Shown: positions 18,861-27,246 of the stretch, one piece after another
How positions within the stretch are numbered: position 1 is the first letter of the stretch
Layout of the letters: each line of letters opens with the position of its first letter
Source: Candidatus Parcubacteria bacterium
GTDB lineage: Bacteria; Patescibacteriota; Patescibacteriia; Patescibacteriales; BM507
DNA length: 64,000 nucleotides
NCBI GenBank assembly: GCA_002869265.1
Contig: PKTH01000011.1
Location: 10,843-74,842 of the forward strand
Direction of reading: 5' to 3'
The notes under the pieces: model-generated
What the model was told of the DNA's origin: nothing
Database searches by the model: none
The model's input: only the letters and a program-made list of their open reading frames with translations
Position numbers and translations under genes: made by a program

Positions 18861-20202
18861 AATCCAAGAAATATATACATGTCAAAAATGTGGCGCCCAA
18901 CATCCAAAATGGAGTGGGCGTTGTTTGGAGTGTGGGGCTTGGAGTAGTCTAGAAAAGGACATCGTAGACTCAAAGAAAAAGTTAAAAATAGAAAGTCAAA
19001 ATGTTCCAGAGGCAAGTATTATTAATTTTAAACAAATACAGAAAGACAAAATTGAAAGAGATAAAATAAACATCTCAGAAGTTGATAGGGTTTTTGGAGG
19101 AGGATTGGTACCAGGATCTCTCGTTCTCTTAGCGGGAGAACCGGGTATTGGCAAGTCTACTATTTTAGCCCAAATCTCCGATTCTTTTTCTAAAAATACT
19201 CAGAAGAAAACTCTCTATATAAGTGGAGAGGAGTCAGCTGGCCAAGTTAAAGACCGATTTGATAGACTGTCCTGCAATCTAGATAACATAAGCTTTATTG
19301 GTGATACTAATCTAGAAAAGATTGTTTCAGCAATCAATAAATCCAAACCTTCTCTAGTAATAATTTACTCTGTCCAGACAATTTATTCTTCGCTAGTTCC
19401 TTCTGAGGCGGGGAGTGTTACTCAGATTAGGGCCTGTACCTCTGGTTTTATGGAACTATCAAAGGAGTCTGGTATTCCCATTATTTTAGTGGGGCACATA
19501 ACGAAAGATGGTAATGTGGCGGGGCCTAAAACGCTAGAACACATGGTTGACGTTGTGGTTTATCTGGAAACAGATAATACTCAGATGTATCGGATAATGA
19601 GGACAACAAAAAATAGATTTGGATCTACTCATGAGATTGGGATTTTTGAAATGAAAGAGAGTGGTTTTTCAGAGATAAAAAACGCTTCAGCAATATTTAT
19701 TGATAATAATATAAATTCTTTCCCTGGTTCGGTTGTCAGCTCCTTGATTGAGGGGTCAAGATCTTTTTTGGTTGAAATACAGGCTCTAGTCTCAAAAACA
19801 ATGTTTGGTTATCCTCAGAGAAAGGCGTCTGGTTTTGATTTGAACCGACTCCAAGTTTTGTCAGCGGTAATATCAAAAAGAACTACTGTAAACCTTTTAA
19901 ACCAAGATATAATTTTAAACTCAGTCGGGGGTATTAAAATTAGTGACCCAGCTCTTGATTTAGCGGCCTGTCTTGCTATTGCCTCTTCATATTTTGATAA
20001 AGAAATAAAGCAAAAGACCATAATCCTTGGAGAGGTCGGTCTTGGGGGAGAGGTGAGAAATATCCCCAATATAGATGCTAGATTAAGAGAGGCGGAAAAA
20101 CTTGGTTTCGAACGAGCTATAATCCCTGAGATGAAAATAAGCAAAACAAAACTTTCTGTTACTAAGGTGAAAGACCTTAACTCTGCTGTGAAATTAATTT
20201 AG
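18853..20202 (+). CDS. radA: DNA repair protein RadA/Sms
   Basis: CQKCG…CLECG zinc finger, GEPGIGKST Walker A, KNRFG motif, Lon-like C-terminus; Walker B reads IIYS instead of IIDS. Confidence 0.95.
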   Translation: MSKIQEIYTCQKCGAQHPKWSGRCLECGAWSSLEKDIVDSKKKLKIESQNVPEASIINFKQIQKDKIERDKINISEVDRVFGGGLVPGSLVLLAGEPGIGKSTILAQISDSFSKNTQKKTLYISGEESAGQVKDRFDRLSCNLDNISFIGDTNLEKIVSAINKSKPSLVIIYSVQTIYSSLVPSEAGSVTQIRACTSGFMELSKESGIPIILVGHITKDGNVAGPKTLEHMVDVVVYLETDNTQMYRIMRTTKNRFGSTHEIGIFEMKESGFSEIKNASAIFIDNNINSFPGSVVSSLIEGSRSFLVEIQALVSKTMFGYPQRKASGFDLNRLQVLSAVISKRTTVNLLNQDIILNSVGGIKISDPALDLAACLAIASSYFDKEIKQKTIILGEVGLGGEVRNIPNIDARLREAEKLGFERAIIPEMKISKTKLSVTKVKDLNSAVKLI

Positions 20203-22272
20203 CTATTCTAAGTGAATATCATCTTCAAAGCTGTCCAAACTTTTTTTAAGGTTTGGATTTTTTGTTAGCCCAGGATCATCTTTCATGACCTCTTCAGCTG
20301 ATTTTCTAGCTAAAAGAATTTGTTCATAGTCGAAGAGTGTTGCTACCTTTAGTTCTGGGAATCCTTTCTGCGAGCTGCCAAAAAATTCTCCAGGCCCTCT
20401 TAGTTTAAGGTCTATTTTAGATAATTCAAAGCCATTGTTTGTCTTAAGCATAGCCTCTAGTCTTTTTAACGTATTCTCTGCTTTGCTTTCAGTTGCCAGA
20501 AAGCAGTAAGACTGGTGTTCCCCTCTACCTACTCTTCCTCTGAATTGGTGAAGTTGGGACAAACCGAAACGGTCGGCGCCTTCGATTATTATAATATTTG
20601 CGTTTGGGATGTCGATTCCCACCTCGATTACCGAAGTTGAGATAAGAATATTGGTTTTATTGGAAGAAAAGTTCTCCATAATATGCTCTTTTTCATCATT
20701 TTTCATTTTTCCGTGTAGCATCTCAATTTTTAGATCGGGGAAGATATTTTGAGAAAATCTTTCATATACTTCTTTTACTGATTTCAGCCCCAGTTTATCT
20801 GAAGGATCTATTAGGGGGCACACAACAAAAGATTGTCTTCCTTGATTAATTTGCTCTCTGACAAACGAATGAAGACTGTTTTCTTTTGTCGGGGGGACTA
20901 GCTTGGTGATAATTGGCAGTCTCCCTTTTGGCAGTTCGTTAATAATTGAAATATCTAAATCACCATAAATAGAAAGAGCTAGCGATCTTGGGATGGGGGT
21001 AGCTGTCATGGACAAGAAGTGAGGGCTTTGCTTATCTGGAAGGCCACATTTATCAAGGAGAGCTTTTCTTTGCTCTACTCCAAATCTGTGTTGTTCATCA
21101 ATAACAACCAGGGCTAAGTTCTTAAAAGAAACTGAGTCTTGGAATAGAGAGTGTGTTCCTATTATTAGATCAATCTTGTTTTCAGCAATTTCTTTAAGAA
21201 TTTTTTTCTTCGTATGCTTTTCTCCATTAATAATAAAAAAGTTTCTACTCAGAAGAGCAATGTTTACTTTCTCATTTTTAAATAATTCTAAAAGTGTTTT
21301 ATAGTGTTGTTCAGCAAGTATCTCTGTTGGTGCCATTATTGCAGATTGTTTAGCACCAAGAATAGTGTTGAGAATTGCAATCGAGGCAACAACTGTTTTT
21401 CCGCTACCAACATCTCCTTCTAAGAGTCTAGACATTGGTGAATTCTTTTGGATGTCACCCAATATTTCCCAGGCAGATTTTCTTTGAGAGTCAGTTAGTT
21501 TAAAGGGGAGAGAATTTACAAAGTTCTTTGTTTCTTTTTCTAAAAAATTAATTTTTGGGCTTTTCTTATTCTGAAGAGTCTTTCTTATGGAAATGTATTT
21601 TATTTGCAATAGAAATAATTCATTAAAGGCAAGTTTTTTTTGAGCAGTACTTATATCGTTCTCAGATTTAGGAAAATGGATTTTCTCGATTGCTTTATTT
21701 ATTTGATCCAGTTTAAGCCTCTCGTTTACTTCTTTAGGCAGAGGGTCTTCTAGAAAATCTAGGAATTTTAGAGCAGATTTAATGAGAAATCTTATTTGTT
21801 TTTGGCTAATATTAGAAGTAGAATGGTAGACAGGAACAATACCCTGAGTGTTGATGTTGTCTCCATTTTCGGCCTTATCGTATACAGGAGACTTTATTAC
21901 TAAAGATCCATTATCGTTTTCAACTTTGCCAGTAATTGATACCTTGTCCCCGGGTTTAATATTTTTAGAAATAAATGCTTGATTGAACCATATTACTCTA
22001 ATGGAGTCTTCCTCGTCTCTTAAAATTGCCTCAGTGATGCTAATTTTTTTTCTAAAGCTTTTTTTGGTGTTTATTAGTTCGATGTGTCCGACTACGTTTG
22101 CGCTTTCTCCAGACAATAGGTCCTTAATCTTTTTACTTTTACTGAAGTTTTCGTACCTAAAAGGGAAGAAGCTAATCAAGTCGCTAATAGTTTCAATCCC
22201 CAGTCGTTTTAAACGCTTGGCGGTTGTTTCACCAACCCTATTTAGATGTTTTATATTTGTATCTAGATTCAT
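20203..22272 (-). CDS. recG: ATP-dependent DNA helicase RecG
   Basis: GDVGSGKT, IDEQHRFGV, MTATPIPRSL, QFRGRVGRG, DLKLRGPGE motifs; start placed at 22272 because the longer ORF call runs through the tRNA-linked repeat. Confidence 0.95.
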   Translation of the reverse strand: MNLDTNIKHLNRVGETTAKRLKRLGIETISDLISFFPFRYENFSKSKKIKDLLSGESANVVGHIELINTKKSFRKKISITEAILRDEEDSIRVIWFNQAFISKNIKPGDKVSITGKVENDNGSLVIKSPVYDKAENGDNINTQGIVPVYHSTSNISQKQIRFLIKSALKFLDFLEDPLPKEVNERLKLDQINKAIEKIHFPKSENDISTAQKKLAFNELFLLQIKYISIRKTLQNKKSPKINFLEKETKNFVNSLPFKLTDSQRKSAWEILGDIQKNSPMSRLLEGDVGSGKTVVASIAILNTILGAKQSAIMAPTEILAEQHYKTLLELFKNEKVNIALLSRNFFIINGEKHTKKKILKEIAENKIDLIIGTHSLFQDSVSFKNLALVVIDEQHRFGVEQRKALLDKCGLPDKQSPHFLSMTATPIPRSLALSIYGDLDISIINELPKGRLPIITKLVPPTKENSLHSFVREQINQGRQSFVVCPLIDPSDKLGLKSVKEVYERFSQNIFPDLKIEMLHGKMKNDEKEHIMENFSSNKTNILISTSVIEVGIDIPNANIIIIEGADRFGLSQLHQFRGRVGRGEHQSYCFLATESKAENTLKRLEAMLKTNNGFELSKIDLKLRGPGEFFGSSQKGFPELKVATLFDYEQILLARKSAEEVMKDDPGLTKNPNLKKSLDSFEDDIHLE

Positions 22273-22287
22273 AATAATATTGTAACA
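22273..22287 (-). promoter_or_regulatory. Extended -10 (TGTTACAAT) 6 nt before the recG ATG; leaderless transcript likely
   Basis: Minus strand reads TGTTACAAT-ATTATT-ATG; no SD. Confidence 0.5.
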
Positions 22288-22351
22288 TGCGTTTCGCAAC
22301 AATTGAAATCCTTCAAAATTAAAAAACAACCCCCGAGGGGCCATTTTTTCA

Positions 22352-22651
22352 TTGTGCTCTCGCCAGGGCCGATGCACCTCTTCGAGGTTTTCGGCATGTC
22401 GCACTAACACGTGCTCCAAATCGTGTTGTTCTGTCCAGGTTCTCAACCCAGCAAGAACCCAATAAAAAACAACCCTAGTCGGGATGTCTTTTCTTGTGCT
22501 CTCGCCAGGGCCGATGCACCTCATCGAGGTTTTCGGCATGTCGCACTAACACGTGCTCCAAATCGTGTTGTTCTGTCCAGGTTCTCAACCCAGCAAGAAC
22601 CCAATAAAAAACAAACCTAGTCGGGATGTCTTTTCTTGTGCTCTCGCCAGG
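22352..22651 (-). repeat. Two tandem 142-bp units downstream of tRNA-Arg, bounded by three copies of the 16-bp tRNA 3' end
   Basis: ttgtgctctcgccagg occurs at 22352, 22494 and 22636 (period 142); the units differ at only about 2 positions. Confidence 0.95.
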
Positions 22652-22710
22652 AATCGAACCTGGACTTTGGGATCCGCAATCCCACGTTCTATCCGTTGAA
22701 CTACGAGAGC
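22639..22710 (-). tRNA. tRNA-Arg(GCG)
   Basis: GCTCTCG/CGAGAGC acceptor stem, TGGGA-TTGCGGA-TCCCA anticodon arm, GGTTCGATTCC T-arm; CCA not encoded. Confidence 0.92.
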
Positions 22711-22751
22711 AATAAAAAAACTAAATTCTAAATATTTAGTTTTAAAGTATA

Positions 22752-23255
22752 TTAAATTTTTAGCAATTTTGACAAGCCTTCCGATAAAGGAATATTCGTT
22801 CTGTCTAAATCTTCATCTAGATATTTTAATAGAAAGTTTCTGATTTGGAGTGGGTTGTTATCAAGAAGGGGGATCGAGAGTCTTTGTTTTGCAGGGTTTT
22901 TAAATTCGAAATAAAGATTTTTTAGTTCCTCATTTGGCTTAAATAACACCGAAAAGTTCTTTAAGTCATCATAATCAAAAACCTTACTACCAATAGCAAC
23001 ACCATCACTAGAAAGAGTCACATTCACGTTATCAGGAGAGTTGCCGTCATGAACAATAGTTATAATAGAAGTGGCAATTATGATAATAGCAAATAGGTAA
23101 TTGCTTGTAAAAATAGCGAAAATTAAAAGAAAAGAAGCAGTAAGCCCAGCAACAATATACCAGGTATTTGATCTGTTGTGCTTTTCAAACTCTGGCACGT
23201 TCCAGGAAATTTGTAATATTTCTTTTTCTTCGTTGTTATCCATTATTGTTGACAT
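22752..23255 (-). CDS. Conserved hypothetical 2-TM membrane protein with C-terminal PH-like domain (YcxB/DUF5673-like)
   Basis: WNVPEF…WY N-motif, two TM helices, soluble C-terminal domain. Confidence 0.6.
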   Translation of the reverse strand: MSTIMDNNEEKEILQISWNVPEFEKHNRSNTWYIVAGLTASFLLIFAIFTSNYLFAIIIIATSIITIVHDGNSPDNVNVTLSSDGVAIGSKVFDYDDLKNFSVLFKPNEELKNLYFEFKNPAKQRLSIPLLDNNPLQIRNFLLKYLDEDLDRTNIPLSEGLSKLLKI

Positions 23256-23352
23256 TTAGATATTATTCATATAATATTATTATAGCAGATAGATAATTAT
23301 TTTAAAATAAGCAAATGCAAAGAATCTTGCATTTTTATTTTTGAATAAGGAA

Positions 23353-23442
23353 GGAGAGGTGCCTGAGTGGTTGAAAGGGGCACCCTGCTAAGGTGTTAGG
23401 TCTTCACGGGCCTCGAGGGTTCGAATCCCTCTCTCTCCGCCA
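23353..23442 (+). tRNA. tRNA-Ser(GCT)
   Basis: GGAGAGG…TCTCTCC-G-CCA, CT-GCT-AA anticodon loop, long variable arm, GGTTCGAATCC. Confidence 0.95.
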
Positions 23443-23473
23443 TTATCTTTTTGATAAGGAGAAAAATATCCCC

Positions 23474-23560
23474 GGAGGGATGACGGAGCGGTTGAACGTG
23501 ACGGTCTTGAAAACCGTTGAGCCTTAACGGGTTCCCAGGGTTCGAATCCCTGTCCCTCCG
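23474..23560 (+). tRNA. tRNA-Ser(TGA)
   Basis: GGAGGGA/TCCCTCC acceptor stem, ACGGT-CTTGAAA-ACCGT anticodon arm, long variable arm. Confidence 0.95.
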
Positions 23561-23731
23561 CACAAAACAAGAAGCTGGTATAATGCCAGTTTTTTGTTTT
23601 GATCGAGGGATGCTGTATTAGAACCCCATGGCAAGAATGTAGTCATATAACACGTCAGCGGCTTGGAAGTAGGAATAAATGGATATATTAAAAACATATT
23701 CGATTGAAGCACGTATCCCTGTCCCTCCGCA
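23546..23731 (+). repeat. 169-bp element bounded by a 17-bp direct repeat of the tRNA-Ser(TGA) 3' end
   Basis: atccctgtccctccgca at 23546-23562 and 23715-23731; a hairpin follows each copy. Confidence 0.9.
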
Positions 23732-23820
23732 ATATAAAAACTGGCAAATAGCAAGTTTTTTATTTGACTAGAGTAAATAAAAAAGGCTATTATTAAATAA
23801 GTTATTAAAAAGAGAAATTT

Positions 23821-25074
23821 ATGTCAAAAATCAGTTTAGCTAGTGAATTAAAAGAAAGGGGTTATATATACCAATACTCCACAGATAATCTTGAGGATAT
23901 TTTTGAAGATAAAAGAGTAATATACTTAGGAGTGGATCCAAACGCTGACTCAATTCATGTCGGCCATTTAGTTACCTATATGCTTGCTTATCACTTGGTT
24001 CAAGCGGGGCACAAGATGATTCTTTTGGTTGGTGGAGCGACAGCCTTGATTGGCGACCCATCTGGGAAAGACGCTGAAAGACCATTTCAAGATGAAAGCG
24101 AGGTGGCGAAGAATGCTTTAGCTCTCACTAAACAAATTGAAAGTCTTCTAAAGATTGATAATATTGAAATGGTTAATAATTTGGACTGGTTTTCAGAAAT
24201 TAACGTGATGGAATTTTTAAGAGAAGTGGGTAAGCACTTTACGGTTAACAATATGATCAGGAAAGAGTCGGTTTCAAAAAGGATTCAGAGTGAAAATGGC
24301 ATTTCATTTACAGAGTTTGCCTATACTCTTTTGCAGGGCTATGATTATTTTCACCTCAATCAAGAAAAAAACTGCGATCTCCAGATTGGAGGTTCGGATC
24401 AGTGGGGGAATATAGTGTCAGGGATAGAGTTAATCAGAAGAAAAAAATCACAAGAGGTTTATGGAATAACGGTTCCTTTGTTACTGGATAAGAACACAGG
24501 AAAGAAGTTTGGTAAAAGTGAAGGTAATGCTATCTGGCTAGACCCAGAGAAGACAAGCCCATATGTTTTTTATCAATTTTGGTTAAATATCGATGATGCC
24601 AATGTTGTTGATTATTTAAAATTGTTTTCCATTTTATCACTTGAGGACATTGGTGCTCTTGAGACGGAAATTAAAAATTATCCTGAGCAAAGAAAAGCAC
24701 AAAAAACCCTAGCTTATGAAGTGACAAAATTTGTCCATGGTGAAAATTTGGCTGAGTCAGTAAAAAAGATTTCTGAAATAATGTTCAGCGGGGAAGGTCT
24801 AGCAGCTCTTAGTGACGAAGAAAAAGAACTTCTCTTGAAAGAAGCTCCTAGTTATAATGTTTCTGAAGATATGTCTCTGGTCGATGTTTTAGTTGAATCT
24901 GGGCTTGCTTCGAGTAAAAGGGAGTCAAGGGAATTTATTGAAAACGGAGCAGTTAGCTTAAATAACGACAAAATTGTTGACACTATGTTTAGATTAAATC
25001 CGGAATTGACCAGAAACTCTTTAGCTATATTAAAGAGAGGCAAGAAAAATAAAATAATCTTAAGTTTCAAATAA
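23821..25074 (+). CDS. tyrS: Tyrosyl-tRNA synthetase
   Basis: HVGH (HIGH) motif, QIGGSDQWGNI, KFGKS (KMSKS), C-terminal S4 domain. Confidence 0.97.
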   Translation: MSKISLASELKERGYIYQYSTDNLEDIFEDKRVIYLGVDPNADSIHVGHLVTYMLAYHLVQAGHKMILLVGGATALIGDPSGKDAERPFQDESEVAKNALALTKQIESLLKIDNIEMVNNLDWFSEINVMEFLREVGKHFTVNNMIRKESVSKRIQSENGISFTEFAYTLLQGYDYFHLNQEKNCDLQIGGSDQWGNIVSGIELIRRKKSQEVYGITVPLLLDKNTGKKFGKSEGNAIWLDPEKTSPYVFYQFWLNIDDANVVDYLKLFSILSLEDIGALETEIKNYPEQRKAQKTLAYEVTKFVHGENLAESVKKISEIMFSGEGLAALSDEEKELLLKEAPSYNVSEDMSLVDVLVESGLASSKRESREFIENGAVSLNNDKIVDTMFRLNPELTRNSLAILKRGKKNKIILSFK

Positions 25075-25089
25075 TACCTTAGTCCAAGA

Positions 25090-25866
25090 TTATCCGTGCG
25101 CTAAAACGAGGCCCAGTATTTGCTTCGCACCATTCGCTTTAAGAACTTTGGAGCACTCACATAAAGTAGCAGTGCTAGTACTAACATCATCTATCAAGAT
25201 GATGTTTTTATTTTCCAGGGGTTTTCCATCCCAGGTGAATGAATTCTTGATATTTTTAAATCTTTCTTCTCTTCCCAGGCTGGTTTGTGGTTTTTTAAAT
25301 TTATGTCTTTTTAGCTGGTTTGTGTTTATTTCAAGCTTGAGTTTAGAAGAAAAAATATTGGCCAGGTCTTCTGATTGATTGAAGCCTCTCCATCTTAATC
25401 TTTTTTTGTGTAGGGGGACGGGGATAATGAGGACATTTTGGAAATCATTTATTAGCCTTTTTTCTGAACTGTGCCAGAAATAATTATTTTTCCGAGTTTC
25501 TATTAGATTCCGAGAAAAGTCAATTAGTAGGGATCCTAAGGGATCTTTTAATTCTCTGACAAATTTATATTTATAGCTTTTTATTACCTTGGATAGCAGT
25601 TTGTTCTTATAATCAGAGGCCACTAGTATCCCACTGAGCGAGGCCTCGGTAGAACAATTTTTACAAAATGAACCTAAGAAATTGTTTTTATTACAAACAG
25701 GACATGATTGCACGGTATTTAATTGAATATCATTATAACAGACATCACATAAATATGTTCCTTCCTTCAAACATCCAAGACACTCTTTAGGGAATAGAAG
25801 ATCTAATAAAAAAATACGCAATTTTTTTGCGTATCTAATTAAACCCTTCAAAGAATAGCTATGCAT
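25090..25866 (-). CDS. comF: ComF family competence protein (double zinc ribbon plus PRTase)
   Basis: Four CxxC pairs, PVPLHKKRLRWRGFNQS, LIDDVSTSTATL; start uncertain. Confidence 0.9.
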   Translation of the reverse strand: MHSYSLKGLIRYAKKLRIFLLDLLFPKECLGCLKEGTYLCDVCYNDIQLNTVQSCPVCNKNNFLGSFCKNCSTEASLSGILVASDYKNKLLSKVIKSYKYKFVRELKDPLGSLLIDFSRNLIETRKNNYFWHSSEKRLINDFQNVLIIPVPLHKKRLRWRGFNQSEDLANIFSSKLKLEINTNQLKRHKFKKPQTSLGREERFKNIKNSFTWDGKPLENKNIILIDDVSTSTATLCECSKVLKANGAKQILGLVLAHG

Positions 25867-27113
25867 TATTGAAGATTTATTTTGTGGATTCTGTCTGTTT
25901 TTTCATCAGTGAAATAAAGGATTTTGCCGTCTTCGCTTATGATGATGTTTGAGATATTATAATCTTGATCAGGGATAGCAATTATTTTTTTGGCGCCAGT
26001 ATTGATGTCTATTTTGTAGAGAGTGTCAACCGTATTTTTAGCTATTTCAGGAAAAAGACCAGCCCCTTCTTCTAGCTCGTTCGGGACAGCACAATATAGT
26101 TCGCTAGAACTGTAGTAATTGCATTTACTTGCCCAGGTTTCTATTTTAAGACTTTTTCTGTTTGAACCAATTTGTTCACCAGATGAGTTAACAAGCCAAA
26201 GCGAAGGTTTCATGTCGTTGTCGCTTGAGTATACGCTGTACAGCAGTTTTTCTCCTTCAGGAGACCACTCAAACTGGAATCCGCGACCTTCAATTACTGT
26301 TGATTTAAAATTTTCGTTATTTTGGCCAATAAAGAAAACTTCTTGTCGATTAAAATCAATACCTTCAGTATATAAAGCAAGTACTTGATCATTTGGTGAC
26401 CAACTTGGATAGACATCATCTCCATTCTTCCCAATGTTTTCTATGGCTTTTGCTTTGGAGCCATTTGTGTTTGCAATTGCAAAGTATCTATTGTCTGGAT
26501 CAAGCCCTATGCTCTTCAGAGAAAGCTTATCCCCAGAAGACGAGAACTGAAAATCTTCCCAATGTTTCGGTAAGCTAATTTGTTCTCCAGTATTAAAATC
26601 ATATACTATGTTCGACCCATCTGGATATTCTAAAACAGCCTTTTCTCTGTTAGGGGACCAAGTAGTCTTTTCAACCTGATGAAAAACCTTGTCTGTCATG
26701 GGAAATATTTCACCATTCGAATTTATATAATAGAACTTACCATCGTCATTATTATAGTACTGAACGGTGTTGCCATTAGGACCGAGAGTGAGCCCTGAGC
26801 TTTGGTTTTGATTTAATTCAGTAGTTTTTGTTAAACCTCCTCTGGCAACATTACTTGGAATAAGTTTGTTTTCAGAACCTAAAAGGTCAGACACCTTTGT
26901 GTCGTCTGTCACAGTATTTACTATATTTGGGCCGTCTCCAACCCCCGCTATTGGAAGCCCGGTGGTTCCCGAGGTGCTTGTAGAGACTGGGGTAGGAGTG
27001 GGGCTAGATATCATTGGTTTAAAAAAAGCTAGATATAAAAGCACCCCAAGAAGAATTATCAGAGAGATAAAACCAATTAATATTAATATTTTTTTTTGAG
27101 ACGGACTTAGCAT
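25866..27113 (-). CDS. Membrane-anchored TolB-like beta-propeller protein
   Basis: N-terminal TM, Pro/Thr linker, repeated WSP(N/E) blades. Confidence 0.7.
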   Translation of the reverse strand: MLSPSQKKILILIGFISLIILLGVLLYLAFFKPMISSPTPTPVSTSTSGTTGLPIAGVGDGPNIVNTVTDDTKVSDLLGSENKLIPSNVARGGLTKTTELNQNQSSGLTLGPNGNTVQYYNNDDGKFYYINSNGEIFPMTDKVFHQVEKTTWSPNREKAVLEYPDGSNIVYDFNTGEQISLPKHWEDFQFSSSGDKLSLKSIGLDPDNRYFAIANTNGSKAKAIENIGKNGDDVYPSWSPNDQVLALYTEGIDFNRQEVFFIGQNNENFKSTVIEGRGFQFEWSPEGEKLLYSVYSSDNDMKPSLWLVNSSGEQIGSNRKSLKIETWASKCNYYSSSELYCAVPNELEEGAGLFPEIAKNTVDTLYKIDINTGAKKIIAIPDQDYNISNIIISEDGKILYFTDEKTDRIHKINLQ

Positions 27114-27133
27114 TTATTATGGGGAATAATTTT

Positions 27134-27163
27134 TTGCCTGCAATATGTAAAATGTGTTATAAT
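27134..27163 (+). promoter_or_regulatory. Putative sigma70 promoter of the pilM operon
   Basis: TTGCCT-18 nt-(TG)TATAAT upstream of pilM. Confidence 0.45.
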
Positions 27164-27246
27164 ATCTACAAGTTTACTTTGTGTATTATATTATATAATT
27201 TTATAGAAATACTGTAAAGTAAGAAAATTAATTATCAAAGATATCT

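Noticed and set aside
22273..22539. 89-aa N-terminal extension of RecG in the ORF track
   Set aside because: It runs through the tRNA-linked repeat; RecG homology and a -10 element point to ATG 22272
22352..22651. Possible CRISPR array (three 16-bp repeats)
   Set aside because: Intervening sequences are 126 bp and nearly identical, the repeat is a tRNA 3' end, and there are no cas genes
23388..23754. Minus-strand ORFs of 60 and 76 aa
   Set aside because: Antisense shadows of tRNA-Ser genes and their repeat
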